Source: an uncultured Rhodospirillaceae bacterium (GTDB lineage Bacteria > Pseudomonadota > Alphaproteobacteria > Rhodospirillales > UBA2165). Taken from it: a stretch of DNA of 64,000 nucleotides. The notes under the pieces are model-generated. The model saw only the letters and a list, made by a program, of their open reading frames with translations, had not been told where the DNA came from and made no database searches. The translations under genes were made by a program, and so were the position numbers. The stretch lies in contig CAZMHI010000020.1 in the NCBI GenBank assembly GCA_964566055.1, positions 4,139-68,138 of the forward strand, given 5' to 3'. Shown here in pieces: positions 54,343 through 64,000 of this stretch (the stretch's first letter is position 1; every line of letters starts with the position of its first letter).

Positions 54343-54813
54343 CTACCTTAGCAAAACCTGATGCGTAAATTTATCACCATCACTGACGGTAATTTGCTTG
54401 AAGCCAAGCATTTTGGCCAGATCAAAAAACGTCAGGATTGTCTCAACTTTAAACTTCTTGAAAATCGGTGACCTGCGGGCAACTGCTGTCATGGTCGCCA
54501 ACAGCGCCCTGGCCCGATAGATCGTATCCAGCTGATTGGCAAAATTGCTGACGATAATCATTTTTTGCGCATCAAGCCCCTTGGCAAAAATAGCATATTG
54601 CGGTGGATAAGGCCGTTTATGCAGCCCACTGGTCAATCCATTGATAAAGGCCAAACGCGTAGCCCGGCTGTTTTTCGGCAATTCACGCGCTCGCGCCCGA
54701 TAAGTCTCGATCCTTTCGGGCTTGGGGTAATAGTAGCCGGCATGACGATCCGCCGCACTAACCTGCCCCGACAATAATAAGCCCAGGAAAACGAAAACCG
54801 AAAGCCTGATCAT
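54343..54813 (-). CDS. hypothetical secreted protein, start abutting the pccB stop
   Basis: The tracked ORF begins at 54840 inside pccB. The Met at 54813 starts a signal peptide ([20 protein letters not shown]) and directly follows the pccB stop (54810-54812). No family recognised. Confidence 0.4.
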   Translation of the reverse strand: MIRLSVFVFLGLLLSGQVSAADRHAGYYYPKPERIETYRARARELPKNSRATRLAFINGLTSGLHKRPYPPQYAIFAKGLDAQKMIIVSNFANQLDTIYRARALLATMTAVARRSPIFKKFKVETILTFFDLAKMLGFKQITVSDGDKFTHQVLLR

Positions 54814-56342
54814 AGAGGGATATTCCCGTGCTTCCGCCACGGAATTTCCATCTTCTTATTTTTGAGCATACGAAGCGAACGGGCAATCCGCCAACGCGTA
54901 TTATGGGGCATGATGACATCATCAATATAGCCACGCGCACCGACCCGGAAAGGGTTGGCAAACTGAGCCTGATAATCTTTTTCCCGCTCGGCAATCTTAT
55001 CTTCATCATCCATATCGGCCCTGAAAATAATCTCGACAGCCCCTTTCGAGCCCATCACGGCGATCTCGGCGCTCGGCCAGGCGAAATTAACATCACCGCG
55101 GAGATGCTTTGAGCCCATGACGATATAGGCACCGCCATAGGCTTTCCGCGTGATCAGCGTAACTTTCGGCACGGTTGCTTCGGCAAAGGCGTAAAGCAGT
55201 TTGGCGCCATGCCGGATCAGCCCGCCATATTCCTGCGCTGTCCCCGGCAAAAAGCCCGGCACATCAACCAATAAGATTATCGGTATGTTAAAGCAGTCGC
55301 AGAAACGGATAAACCGCGCCGACTTAACCGAGGCATCGATATCCAAACAGCCGGCCAGAATCTTAGGCTGGTTAGCGATAATACCGACAGTCGAGCCTTC
55401 GATGCGGCCAAAGCCGGTCACCATGTTGGCGGCAAAGTTCGGCTGCAACTCAAAGAAATCGCCTTCATCCACAAGTTTGATGATCAGTTCCTTAACGTCA
55501 TAAGACTCGTTAGGATTGTCGGGCACCAAAGTATCCAGCGACGGCTCCTGCCGGTCAGCGGGATCATCGGTGGGCCGGATCGGCGAATACTCTTTATTAT
55601 TAGAGGGCAAGAAATCCATGAAGCGGCGCAATTGCTCAATCGCATCAACGTCATTTTCAAAGGCCAGATCGGCCACGCCGGATTTGCTGGTATGGGTCAT
55701 CGCCCCACCAAGCTCTTCCTGGGTAACCTCTTCATGGGTCACAGTTTTGACCACATCCGGGCCAGTGACAAACATGTAAGAAGTGTCTTTGACCATAAAG
55801 GTAAAATCGGTCACAGCCGGTGAATAGACCGCACCACCGGCACAGGGCCCCATAATGGTCGAGATTTGCGGGATAACGCCAGACGCCATAACATTGCGGG
55901 CAAATACTTCGGCATATCCGGCGAGAGCCGAGACGCCTTCCTGGATACGCGCGCCACCTGAATCATTGAGCCCGATGACCGGTGCGCCAACCTTCATTGC
56001 CTGATCCATAATCTTGCAGATTTTTTCTGCGTGAGTTTCCGATAGCGATCCGCCAAATACTGTAAAATCCTGGCTATAGACAAAAACCGTCCGGCCATTA
56101 ATCGTGCCATAGCCGGTCACCACGCCATCACCGGGGACGGTATTTTCCTCCATACCGAAATCGGTCGAGCGATGTTCGACAAACATATCCCATTCTTCAA
56201 ATGTATCGGGATCAAGCAGCAGATCAATGCGTTCTCTGGCCGAAAGTTTGCCGCGCTTATGTTGCGCATCGACGCGCTTTTTGCCACCGCCGGCTCGCGC
56301 CCGGGCGCGCCGTTCTTCTAATTGCCGGATGATTTCATACAT
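54810..56342 (-). CDS. pccB: propionyl-CoA carboxylase beta subunit (carboxyltransferase)
   Basis: 510-aa [48 protein letters not shown] and [10 protein letters not shown] are canonical PccB/AccD5-type motifs. Confidence 0.9.
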   Translation of the reverse strand: MYEIIRQLEERRARARAGGGKKRVDAQHKRGKLSARERIDLLLDPDTFEEWDMFVEHRSTDFGMEENTVPGDGVVTGYGTINGRTVFVYSQDFTVFGGSLSETHAEKICKIMDQAMKVGAPVIGLNDSGGARIQEGVSALAGYAEVFARNVMASGVIPQISTIMGPCAGGAVYSPAVTDFTFMVKDTSYMFVTGPDVVKTVTHEEVTQEELGGAMTHTSKSGVADLAFENDVDAIEQLRRFMDFLPSNNKEYSPIRPTDDPADRQEPSLDTLVPDNPNESYDVKELIIKLVDEGDFFELQPNFAANMVTGFGRIEGSTVGIIANQPKILAGCLDIDASVKSARFIRFCDCFNIPIILLVDVPGFLPGTAQEYGGLIRHGAKLLYAFAEATVPKVTLITRKAYGGAYIVMGSKHLRGDVNFAWPSAEIAVMGSKGAVEIIFRADMDDEDKIAEREKDYQAQFANPFRVGARGYIDDVIMPHNTRWRIARSLRMLKNKKMEIPWRKHGNIPL

Positions 56343-56393
56343 GGAATTGCCTCATATTATTCTTATAACGTTTTACTATTACCTGATCCGGCC

Positions 56394-57110
56394 TCAACTT
56401 GCCAGCAACTCTAAAAACAGGGCCGAATCTGCAATATCTGCGCGAATTCGCTCATGCCGTTCCAGCGCCTCCGCATCTTCTCCCCAAATCTCCATTTGAT
56501 GTTTTTCCTCCAGCACGGATTTCTCAAACATCGCCGCGGCGGTAAGGCGCCGACGCTGCATACTAAAAGCGAGAACAAGCGAGCCCGCCGCTGCAGCTGC
56601 ATTACTCACTCCCATCAATTCAAAATCATCGAGCTCGTTCAGTGCAGTCTGCAGGGCTAATAAAGCATTTTCTGGCTGGTTAATCGGCAATATGCCGGTG
56701 GTCACGGCAAGCTCGGCAGACAATTCCTGCTTGGCCCAATCAAGTTCCGGCTGCCAAGATGCCTGTTGGCGCTGCACCAATTCAGCCGGCTCCTCGGCGC
56801 GGTAGCATAAAAGATCAGTTTCGGCGATTTTGAGAGTAATGCCGATGACCTCATCGCGGTTATTTATAAGCCGATCAATCGCCGTCGCTGACAATTTGCA
56901 GAGCGGCATCGAATGTGGATCAATGGTTTCGGCCTGCGCTTCCCACTCAGCCGCCATGGCTTCGGCTAACGGCCGGCTGCCAACGGCTAGTTCACTTCCA
57001 GCGGGTGTTTTCACCGGGCGTCCATCGAGGCCAACACCGACCAGACCACCGGCGCTTTCAATAACTCCAGCTTCTTTGTAAAAGCGTTTTGCCCCCGACC
57101 ATTCCGCCAT
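56394..57110 (-). CDS. ATP12 family F1-ATPase assembly chaperone
   Basis: 238-aa ORF. KRFYKEAGV...LDGRPVKTPAGSELAV..RPLAEAMAAEWEAQ...IDPHSMPLCKLSATAID is the ATP12 pattern. Confidence 0.8.
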   Translation of the reverse strand: MAEWSGAKRFYKEAGVIESAGGLVGVGLDGRPVKTPAGSELAVGSRPLAEAMAAEWEAQAETIDPHSMPLCKLSATAIDRLINNRDEVIGITLKIAETDLLCYRAEEPAELVQRQQASWQPELDWAKQELSAELAVTTGILPINQPENALLALQTALNELDDFELMGVSNAAAAAGSLVLAFSMQRRRLTAAAMFEKSVLEEKHQMEIWGEDAEALERHERIRADIADSALFLELLAS

Positions 57111-57123
57111 TCAGATTACTCTC

Positions 57124-59388
57124 TCATTTGCCGCCAAAGAGGGATTTGAGCGAACTGCCGATCCCTTCAGTGATACTTTTTACCGGGTTGCTGGATTTTT
57201 GCTCAGCCGGCGCCTTTTGTGGGGCAGGCTGTTTTCCGGATTTGGCCTGTTCCAGCGCCGCCACACAGGGGTTTTTATCACCACTTCCCTTACTCACCGT
57301 TAACGCCAAGAGCGCCACTGGGTTCACCACACTGAAGGCTAGACCCGCAATACCTTTCAACATAGCTGTCGTGCTGGGCAAAGCGGTCGGTGACTTGAGC
57401 GTGCCGCCGATATCGATCGGTGTCGCCAGACTTACCAGGCTGGCATCTTTGGGTTGCGGTTTGATTTTCATATCAAGCTTTTCGTTGCGCAGATCGATTT
57501 TACCGCCGCCGCTGATCGTCATCTTCTCGGTATCAAACAGCATGCCGGTATTGGTGGCGATACCTTGCTTGATATCAAAGCGATTAACCAAGCAGTTAAT
57601 CTTGGTAGCACCACCGCCGCCTGGCACCATAGCTTTGAGCAAATCTGCAGCAAGGAAGTCCAGATATTTACTCGCCACCTCACCTTCATTCATGATGATT
57701 TCGGTATTGCCGTTAAGCCCGGCCATAATCTGACGCAGCGATGCACCGGAACCGTTGAGCTTGATCTTGGTATCAACTGTGCCTGAGAGTAAATCACTGA
57801 CCGCCATATCTTTAAGCAGCTTACCAATGTCGGTTCCTTTGGCGCTAAAATTGACCGACAATTTCGGACGCCTTACCGATGCATCGAGATCAACCTTACC
57901 AGACATCTTGCCTTTGGAAAAAACCGCCTCAAAGGGAGCGAGCGCCAGCTTGCCGTTTTTCAAATTGAGGCCTGCACTGACATCATTTATGGGCGCACCG
58001 CTGACAACAATTTTCTTGCCCAAAAACTTAAATCTCAGATTTGCCGCTTTTAAGCCATCAAGCGGCAAAGGATCATTGGGAAACACCCGGCCATCATCCT
58101 TTTTAGCTGCTTTGGGCGCCTCCGTTTGTGGCAGGGCAGCCAGGATATCGGCCAAATTAAAATTGTTGGATTTCAGGGCGATCTGGATATCCGGCACTTT
58201 AGTTTTAAGTGAAGCCAACACGTTACCACTGAGATCACTATCACCGAGCTTAAGTATAAGATTATCGACAGCGTGGTCACCACGGGGATTGCGATAGACA
58301 CCAGCAATTTCATAAGGCGGTGCTTTGGGTAGTTTCATCCCTGCCAGATCAGAAAATATACCAAGATCATTGCCCTTGGCGGCAAAGCTCACGCTGAAGA
58401 CAGGTTTCGCCGGCAGGTTGGAAATTTTACCGTCACCCGATATTTCCAAATTAGCTGTTGGTCCAATGGCATATTTAAGATCCGAAAGATCAATTGCTGC
58501 CGCTGTTCCCTGAATCCGAGCCGATACCTTTAAGGCTCCCAGCTTGGGCAATTTTAAATCAGATAGTAGCGGCGCCAGTTTGGCCGCCTGATCAACTGTT
58601 TTGTTGATATCTTCACCGTCTATGGCAGCGACGATATCCATTTTCTGTTCGCTGAGCGGGCGGGCGATATTTCCTTTTAGGTTAACGGTAGCAGCCAGCG
58701 CTTTAGCGGTTATATCGAATTTGTAGCTCGAAGGGTCCAGCATGAGCCGTTCTAGAGACGGCAAGCCGCCTGTGACTTCGAAGGGTATGCCATTGTAACC
58801 GCCTTTGAGGTCCACCAGCATAGATCGATTGGCGCTTTCCGCATCAATTTTTAGCGCCTTTAGACTGAGCTCTATGGCCTCACCGCTTTGACCATCTTTA
58901 AAATTGAAGCTGCCGTTTTCAATTAATAACTGGCTGAGCACTGGAATAGTTGCCGCACCCTCACTCTCTGCGGTCTGCGGTTTTTCCGCTTTACTCTCGA
59001 ACACCCAATTTCCAAGACCTTTAGCATCTGATTCGAGCTGTATGTCAGGTTCAATCAAAACTATTTTGGTAAGCCGGATATCGCCTTGCAAAAGCGGCAT
59101 AAGTTCAAGCCCGGCTTCCAGTTTTTTAAGCGACAATAAGTGCGGCGCACTTGCCCAGCTGGCATTGGCGAAAGTGACGTCATTCATCACCAAACTCGGC
59201 ACCAGCGAGATTTCCAGATCGAGCTTACCTTTGATTTTAAGCTCACGTCCCGTGGCGTCTTTCACCTGGGCGCCTAAGAAATCACGTATTTCCGCAGGGT
59301 CGGTTGCAGATAAAATGGCTACGCCCGCGGCAATGATAGCTACCACAACGACAATAAGGCCGGCAAATATTCGAATTGCTGTTTTCAT
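57124..59388 (-). CDS. AsmA family outer-membrane biogenesis protein
   Basis: 754-aa ORF. One N-terminal TM helix (IFAGLIVVVVAIIAAGVAIL), a long beta-rich repeat body, and a C-terminal AsmA_2-like region (KMTISGGGKIDLRNEKLDMKI). Confidence 0.8.
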   Translation of the reverse strand: MKTAIRIFAGLIVVVVAIIAAGVAILSATDPAEIRDFLGAQVKDATGRELKIKGKLDLEISLVPSLVMNDVTFANASWASAPHLLSLKKLEAGLELMPLLQGDIRLTKIVLIEPDIQLESDAKGLGNWVFESKAEKPQTAESEGAATIPVLSQLLIENGSFNFKDGQSGEAIELSLKALKIDAESANRSMLVDLKGGYNGIPFEVTGGLPSLERLMLDPSSYKFDITAKALAATVNLKGNIARPLSEQKMDIVAAIDGEDINKTVDQAAKLAPLLSDLKLPKLGALKVSARIQGTAAAIDLSDLKYAIGPTANLEISGDGKISNLPAKPVFSVSFAAKGNDLGIFSDLAGMKLPKAPPYEIAGVYRNPRGDHAVDNLILKLGDSDLSGNVLASLKTKVPDIQIALKSNNFNLADILAALPQTEAPKAAKKDDGRVFPNDPLPLDGLKAANLRFKFLGKKIVVSGAPINDVSAGLNLKNGKLALAPFEAVFSKGKMSGKVDLDASVRRPKLSVNFSAKGTDIGKLLKDMAVSDLLSGTVDTKIKLNGSGASLRQIMAGLNGNTEIIMNEGEVASKYLDFLAADLLKAMVPGGGGATKINCLVNRFDIKQGIATNTGMLFDTEKMTISGGGKIDLRNEKLDMKIKPQPKDASLVSLATPIDIGGTLKSPTALPSTTAMLKGIAGLAFSVVNPVALLALTVSKGSGDKNPCVAALEQAKSGKQPAPQKAPAEQKSSNPVKSITEGIGSSLKSLFGGK

Positions 59389-59403
59389 AATCTCTCACCA
59401 AAG

Positions 59404-60078
59404 TTAAATTTGAGACATTTCCTCAAGAACAGCAAAGAGCTCTTTATAACTATCGACGACGGTATGTGCTCCGGCTTCGAGCAGTTCACCTGCTTCATGG
59501 TAGCCCCAGCTGACGCCAATAGCCTTGGTTCCGGCATTAACTGCCATAGTTATATCATAAGTGGTATCACCGACCATGAAAACACAATCCGCGTCTACAC
59601 CCGTCTCCCGCATGGCATTATGGAGCATTTCAGGATTAGGCTTACCGGCGGCACTGTCCGACGTTTGCTTGGTTACAAATAAATCCATCATATTGTGAAT
59701 TTCGAGTACATGATCCAATCCAACCCTGGCTTTACCGGTCGCCACCCCCAAAATCCAACCAGCCTGATCAAGAGCGCGTATAACTTCATCCGCATCCGGA
59801 TAGAGCGGGTCATGGAATTCGCCTGCTTTTCGAGCGGCAGTCGCCAACCGTCTGTAAGTTGCAACAACGCTAGCCAACTCATCATCACCATTCTTAGGCA
59901 GCAATCGCTCGATACCAACACTGAGCTCGAGCCCGACGCCCCGCAAAATTTCCATTCGATCAGGGCGCTCGAGATCGTGAGCATCAAATGTCGCATGCAT
60001 CATCTCAATAATGGCTTTTTGGGAATCGACCATCGTGCCGTCACAATCGAGCACCACCAGACGTAAAGGCTCACTCAT
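59404..60078 (-). CDS. HAD-superfamily hydrolase (phosphoglycolate phosphatase-like)
   Basis: LVVLDCDGTMVDS (DxDGT motif I), GVATGK and MVGDTTYDI (motif IV). I prefer the ATG at 60078 (ATGAGTGA overlap with the rluC-like stop) over the tracked start at 60099. Confidence 0.75.
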   Translation of the reverse strand: MSEPLRLVVLDCDGTMVDSQKAIIEMMHATFDAHDLERPDRMEILRGVGLELSVGIERLLPKNGDDELASVVATYRRLATAARKAGEFHDPLYPDADEVIRALDQAGWILGVATGKARVGLDHVLEIHNMMDLFVTKQTSDSAAGKPNPEMLHNAMRETGVDADCVFMVGDTTYDITMAVNAGTKAIGVSWGYHEAGELLEAGAHTVVDSYKELFAVLEEMSQI

Positions 60079-61081
60079 GATCGGCGTACCATTCTTCATA
60101 AAAATCCTCGAAGGGGTCCACGACCAATTTTTCGTCGAAGCCGAGATACTTCCAGGTCTTTTTCATATGATCGGATAGATCTGAGACCACCTGGAAATAT
60201 CCGCCAGCCGGATGGGGAAACTTGATAGCCTTGGCGTGCAGATGAAGCTGTTGGGCGACCCCATCAGCGCCGTCCAAAAATGCGTCTCGGCCGCCATATT
60301 TACCATCTCCTAAAATCGGCGTGCCCAATTCCTTGCAGTGAACGCGGAGCTGATGGGTGCGGCCGGTTTCCGGCATCAGCGCCAGCCAGCTCGCTTTTCC
60401 GGCAGCGTTATCAACGGTGCGGTAATACGTAACAGCGCGTTTACCATCTTCATCCGCAATAACCTGCTCACCATGCTTACCTGGACGCTTTTCCAGCGCC
60501 AGATCAATTTTGCCATATTTTATTTTCGGCATGCCAACCACAGCGGCCCAATAAATCTTATGAACGTCTTTGGTTTTAAAAGCCTTACTCAGTTTTGAGG
60601 CCGCATTTGCCGTCCGCGCCAGCAGCAGCACTCCGGAGGTATCTTTATCCAAGCGATGGATCAGCTTCGGGCGTTCCTTCATTTCAAACTGCAAGCCATT
60701 GAGCATAGCATCGACATGTTTACTGGTGCCGCTTCCACCCTGCACGGCCAAGCCTGCGGGCTTATTGATGGCGATGATATGATCATCTTTGTGGATGACC
60801 GCTTGGCGCAGCATTTCGACATCGCGGTCTGTCACATTGTCTTCGGCAACTTTCTTAGGGCGTGGTCTCGGATCAGCCGAGATCGGCGGCACACGAATTT
60901 CCTGACCCTCTTCGATCCGGGTGTTCGATTTGGCGCGTTTGCCGTCAACCCGCACCTGGCCTTTGCGCAGGAGTTTTTCGAGACGGCCATGTCCAAGCTC
61001 CGGAAAATGCCGTTTAAACCAGCGATCCAAGCGGATGCCGTCATCATCACTGCTCACTTGAAGCGTTTTTAGAGGTGCCAT
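60071..61081 (-). CDS. RluA-family 23S rRNA pseudouridine synthase (RluC/RluD-like) with S4 domain
   Basis: 336-aa ORF. An S4-like GIRLDRWFKRHF region, the HRLDKDTSGVLLLAR catalytic Asp motif, and GRTHQLRVH. Confidence 0.85.
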   Translation of the reverse strand: MAPLKTLQVSSDDDGIRLDRWFKRHFPELGHGRLEKLLRKGQVRVDGKRAKSNTRIEEGQEIRVPPISADPRPRPKKVAEDNVTDRDVEMLRQAVIHKDDHIIAINKPAGLAVQGGSGTSKHVDAMLNGLQFEMKERPKLIHRLDKDTSGVLLLARTANAASKLSKAFKTKDVHKIYWAAVVGMPKIKYGKIDLALEKRPGKHGEQVIADEDGKRAVTYYRTVDNAAGKASWLALMPETGRTHQLRVHCKELGTPILGDGKYGGRDAFLDGADGVAQQLHLHAKAIKFPHPAGGYFQVVSDLSDHMKKTWKYLGFDEKLVVDPFEDFYEEWYADHE

Positions 61082-61094
61082 AATTTGTAATCCA

Positions 61095-61475
61095 CTAAGC
61101 CAATATTTGGCGAAAAATCATCATGCCCAGAAATAGAGCGGCAATCGACAACACAACTGAAGCAATGATGTAGGAGGCTGCGGGCAAAAACTCACCCCGC
61201 TCGATTAAAGCAACAACATCCAGCGAAAAAGCTGAAAACGTTGTAAAGGCACCTAGCACACCCACCACAAAAAAAGCGCGGAGCTCAGCGCTTGGTGACC
61301 AGGTCAATGCAAATATTTCGATTAACGCGCCTAATACCAAAGATCCGGCAATATTCACCACCAACGTGCCATAAGGAAAACCGTGGCCAATCCAGAGGCC
61401 AATGCCAACCATGGTGAGATAGCGTCCAACCGCCCCAATGGCGCCACCAACGGCAATTGATAGGATCATATTCAT
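61095..61475 (-). CDS. crcB: fluoride efflux channel CrcB/FluC
   Basis: 126-aa ORF with four TM helices. GGAIGAVGRY, YGTLVVNIAGS and GAFTTFSAFS are CrcB motifs. Confidence 0.9.
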   Translation of the reverse strand: MNMILSIAVGGAIGAVGRYLTMVGIGLWIGHGFPYGTLVVNIAGSLVLGALIEIFALTWSPSAELRAFFVVGVLGAFTTFSAFSLDVVALIERGEFLPAASYIIASVVLSIAALFLGMMIFRQILA

Positions 61476-62782
61476 GTATCACCCCGCCCTTTTTCGAGTT
61501 TCTTCTCTTGGCGAAGTTTTTGCCAGTAATCGAGCCGCTTCACAACTTCCTTTTCAAATCCCTTGCCTTGAGGCCGGTAGAAGTTAGTACGGTTCATTTC
61601 TTCCGGGAAATAATCCTGACCGGAAAAGCCATCATCAGCATCGTGGTCATATTCATAGCCTTTGCCATAGCCCAAATCTTTCATCAGCCCCGTCGGGGCA
61701 TTGAGGATATGTTTGGGTGGTGACAGTGAGCCGGTTTCCTTAGCTGTCCGCATGGCTGACTTCATGGCGGTATAAGCTGCATTAGATTTTGGCGCCGTTG
61801 CCAGATAAATCACACATTGGGCAATCGCGAGCTCCCCTTCTGGCGAGCCGATGCGTTCAAAAGCCTCCCAGGCGGCAATTGAATGCGGCAGCGCGTTGGG
61901 ATCCGCCATGCCGATGTCTTCCGAGGCAAATCGCGTCAGGCGTCTGGCGATATAGCGCGGGTCTTCACCACCCGCCAGCATGCGCGCCAGCCAATAGAGC
62001 GCTGCATCCACATCGGAACCCCTGAGGCTTTTATGCAAGGCAGAGATAAGATTGAAATGAGCTTCCTGCGCTTTGTCATAAAGCGGCAGACGTTTTTGTA
62101 CGATCTCAGTCAGCGCAGCAGTATCTAAAACCGGATCAGCCGGCAGCAACAAAATCTCTTCTGTCATGTTCAAGAGATAGCGCCCGTCACCATCCGCCAT
62201 GGCCCTGAGCGCTGCCCTGGCGTCTTTATCCAAGGGCAACGGTTTTTTATAAAGTTCTTCCGAGCGCAGCAGCAATTCTTCAAGTGCGGCGTCATCCAAG
62301 CGATTGAGCACAAACACCTGCAAGCGGGATAAAAGTGCTGCATTGAGTTCAAAGGAGGGATTTTCTGTCGTCGCCCCGACCAATGTTACGGTGCCGTCTT
62401 CAACATAGGGTAAAAAGCCATCCTGCTGCGCCCGGTTAAAGCGGTGAATTTCATCAACGAACAGTAAGGTTCCCCGCCCGGCTTCCCGGCGATTTTTTGA
62501 GGCTTCAAAGACTTTGCGCAAATCAGCAACACCTGAAAACACCGCCGATAAGGGCTCAAAATGGAGATTGGTGTGCTCAGCCAATAGCCGCGCGATAGTC
62601 GTTTTTCCCGTACCCGGCGGTCCCCACAGCAACAGCGAGACCATCCGGCCAGATGCCAGCATACGCCCAAGCGGTGCGTCTTCCGCCAGCAAATGCGCCT
62701 GCCCCACAACTTCTTCCAAGGTTGAAGGACGCAACCGGTCTGCTAGCGGCCTCGGTGCCTGAGATTCAAAAAGCGTCGTCAC
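61472..62782 (-). CDS. rarA: replication-associated recombination protein A (AAA+ ATPase)
   Basis: 436-aa ORF with a GTG start in a GTGA overlap with the degP-like stop. LADRLRP, GPPGTGKTT, LFVDEIHRFN, GATTENP, SLRGSDVDAALYW and AQ.VIYLA..PKSN. Confidence 0.9.
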   Translation of the reverse strand: MTTLFESQAPRPLADRLRPSTLEEVVGQAHLLAEDAPLGRMLASGRMVSLLLWGPPGTGKTTIARLLAEHTNLHFEPLSAVFSGVADLRKVFEASKNRREAGRGTLLFVDEIHRFNRAQQDGFLPYVEDGTVTLVGATTENPSFELNAALLSRLQVFVLNRLDDAALEELLLRSEELYKKPLPLDKDARAALRAMADGDGRYLLNMTEEILLLPADPVLDTAALTEIVQKRLPLYDKAQEAHFNLISALHKSLRGSDVDAALYWLARMLAGGEDPRYIARRLTRFASEDIGMADPNALPHSIAAWEAFERIGSPEGELAIAQCVIYLATAPKSNAAYTAMKSAMRTAKETGSLSPPKHILNAPTGLMKDLGYGKGYEYDHDADDGFSGQDYFPEEMNRTNFYRPQGKGFEKEVVKRLDYWQKLRQEKKLEKGRGDT

Positions 62783-63999
62783 CGGTTAACCGCCATCGAT
62801 AAAATTTTACCGTTCCGGCTGATTGATAATTGCCACTGCTTACTTTTTTGCAGCAGTAGGCGTTGAACTTGTCCGACCGTCCGGACCTCATTACCATTAA
62901 TTTCTTTGATAATATCGCGAGGTTGGAAGCCAAAGCGTTGCGAAGAAGAGCCTCGCCGGATTTCCAATATCACCACACCACGCGACAGCAAGTTCATGCC
63001 GATTTGGTCAGCCAGCGCCGGCGAGAGATTACCGATACTGGCTCCCTGCAGGGGATTATAGCCGCTGAGTTCAGTTTTATTGACGCGGGGTTTTTGCGGC
63101 GGTGCTTCAACTGGAAAATTAACCCGCTTAGATTTGCCTCTCCGGATCAATTTAATATCCAGGCTTTCACCAATGGGGCGCGTTGCAATCCTGAAACGCA
63201 AACTCTCTGTATCATTTACATCATGTTTGCCGACGCCGGTAATAACATCGCCGACTTTAATCCCCGCCCGGTCTGCAGGCCCCTTGGGGTAGACACCGTT
63301 AATCAGAATACCGGCCGGCCGCTTCATGCCGATGGAGGCGGCAATATCAGCTGTAACCCCCTGCCCTTCGGCGCCGATCCAGGGACGGACCACACGCCCT
63401 CCGCCGGAAAGACCGGACAACACGGTCCGCACCATATTGGTCGGGATGGCGAAACCGATACCAACCGAGCCACCGCCCTTGGAATAAATCGCTGAATTTA
63501 TGCCGACTAATTTACCGTCAAGCGAGATTAAGGCGCCGCCGGAATTGCCAGGATTGATCGCTGCATCGGTTTGGATAAAAAAGTTCAGATCATTGATACC
63601 AACCTGAGTCCGCGCCAAGGCAGAGACAATGCCACTTGTCACGGTTTGTCCAACACCAAACGGATTACCGATGGCCAACACCAAATCACCCACTTCCAGA
63701 TCATCTGAATCCCGGAAGGCCAGGAAGGGCAGCTTCTCGCGTCCGGCGCTTATCTTCAAAACTGCTAAATCGGTACGTTTGTCACTGCCGATTATCTTGG
63801 CATCGAACTCGCGGCGGTCAGCCAGCACAACGGTGATTTCATCGGCGCCTTTGATGACATGATGATTGGTGACGATAGTGCCATTGGCCTTGACGATGAC
63901 ACCAGAGCCAAGTGAGTTCTGCACCTTCTTGCGGGACCTTGGGCCGGAGCGGAACTGATCACCAAAAAAGCGCCGGAAGAATGGATCGTCAAAGAGAGG
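62779..63999 (-). CDS. DegP/HtrA (Do) family periplasmic serine endoprotease with two PDZ domains, 5' end outside the window
   Basis: The frame is open to the window edge (PLFDDPFFRRFFGDQF...). GSGVIV..GTIVTNHHV (His), DLAVLKI (Asp) and TDAAINPGNSGGAL (Ser), followed by two PDZ-like segments. Confidence 0.85.
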   Translation of the reverse strand, partial: PLFDDPFFRRFFGDQFRSGPRSRKKVQNSLGSGVIVKANGTIVTNHHVIKGADEITVVLADRREFDAKIIGSDKRTDLAVLKISAGREKLPFLAFRDSDDLEVGDLVLAIGNPFGVGQTVTSGIVSALARTQVGINDLNFFIQTDAAINPGNSGGALISLDGKLVGINSAIYSKGGGSVGIGFAIPTNMVRTVLSGLSGGGRVVRPWIGAEGQGVTADIAASIGMKRPAGILINGVYPKGPADRAGIKVGDVITGVGKHDVNDTESLRFRIATRPIGESLDIKLIRRGKSKRVNFPVEAPPQKPRVNKTELSGYNPLQGASIGNLSPALADQIGMNLLSRGVVILEIRRGSSSQRFGFQPRDIIKEINGNEVRTVGQVQRLLLQKSKQWQLSISRNGKILSMAVNR

Positions 64000-64000
64000 C

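Noticed and set aside
61476-61560. Fluoride riboswitch upstream of crcB
   Set aside because: The crcB start (61475) overlaps the rarA stop by 4 nt, so there is no leader in which a crcB-motif RNA could sit.
1-64000. CRISPR arrays, IS elements, integrases, prophage or toxin-antitoxin/defence gene sets
   Set aside because: I saw no regularly spaced direct repeats. No ORF has transposase, recombinase, capsid, terminase, nuclease-helicase or TA-like motifs. The window is dominated by housekeeping and metabolic genes.

Overview
This window looks like a chromosomal, mostly housekeeping stretch from a mid-GC alphaproteobacterium. The taxonomic guess rests on gene content: split glyQ/glyS, an ATP12 chaperone, DUF1194 proteins, PccA/PccB, PpdK, MaeB and RGNDE-type intergenic palindromes. 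I support about 62 protein genes, strongly biased to the minus strand, and two tRNAs (Pro-CGG on +, Leu-GAG on -). I saw no rRNA, CRISPR array, transposase, integrase or phage genes. Contents in order: an LPS-core glycosyltransferase cluster (1-3046); ygfZ; ppdK-glyS-glyQ; a peptidase, methyltransferase and ispB block; DASS, TauE and MgtE transporters; maeB; lipB; pccA; MlaA; an hpaB/LigB-type aromatic cluster (34.6-39.9 kb); a rhomboid protease; a class III cyclase; a TAXI-TRAP transporter; an IorAB-like molybdenum hydroxylase with GST and a DOPA-dioxygenase-like gene; then pccB, ATP12, AsmA, rluC, crcB, rarA and a truncated degP-like gene. I found no convincing self-contained novel system. 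The points most worth a second look are: (1) two independent +1 reading-frame breaks, in essential glyS and in the LigB-type dioxygenase; (2) a diverged duplicate of a DUF1194 gene 5' end, which forms a 30-codon ORF ending Cys-Cys-Cys-Arg-stop with a hairpin and U-run upstream of an orphan solute-binding-protein gene, in a cyclase / SBP / DUF1194 string; (3) three AT-rich orphan family-3 SBP paralogues with no transporter partners; (4) a C/G-tract nested-palindrome repeat family, with one copy wedged between glyQ and glyS; (5) candidate operators at the HxlR, pccA, TRAP and maeB promoters. All functional calls come from reading the translated ORFs for family motifs. No database search was run.
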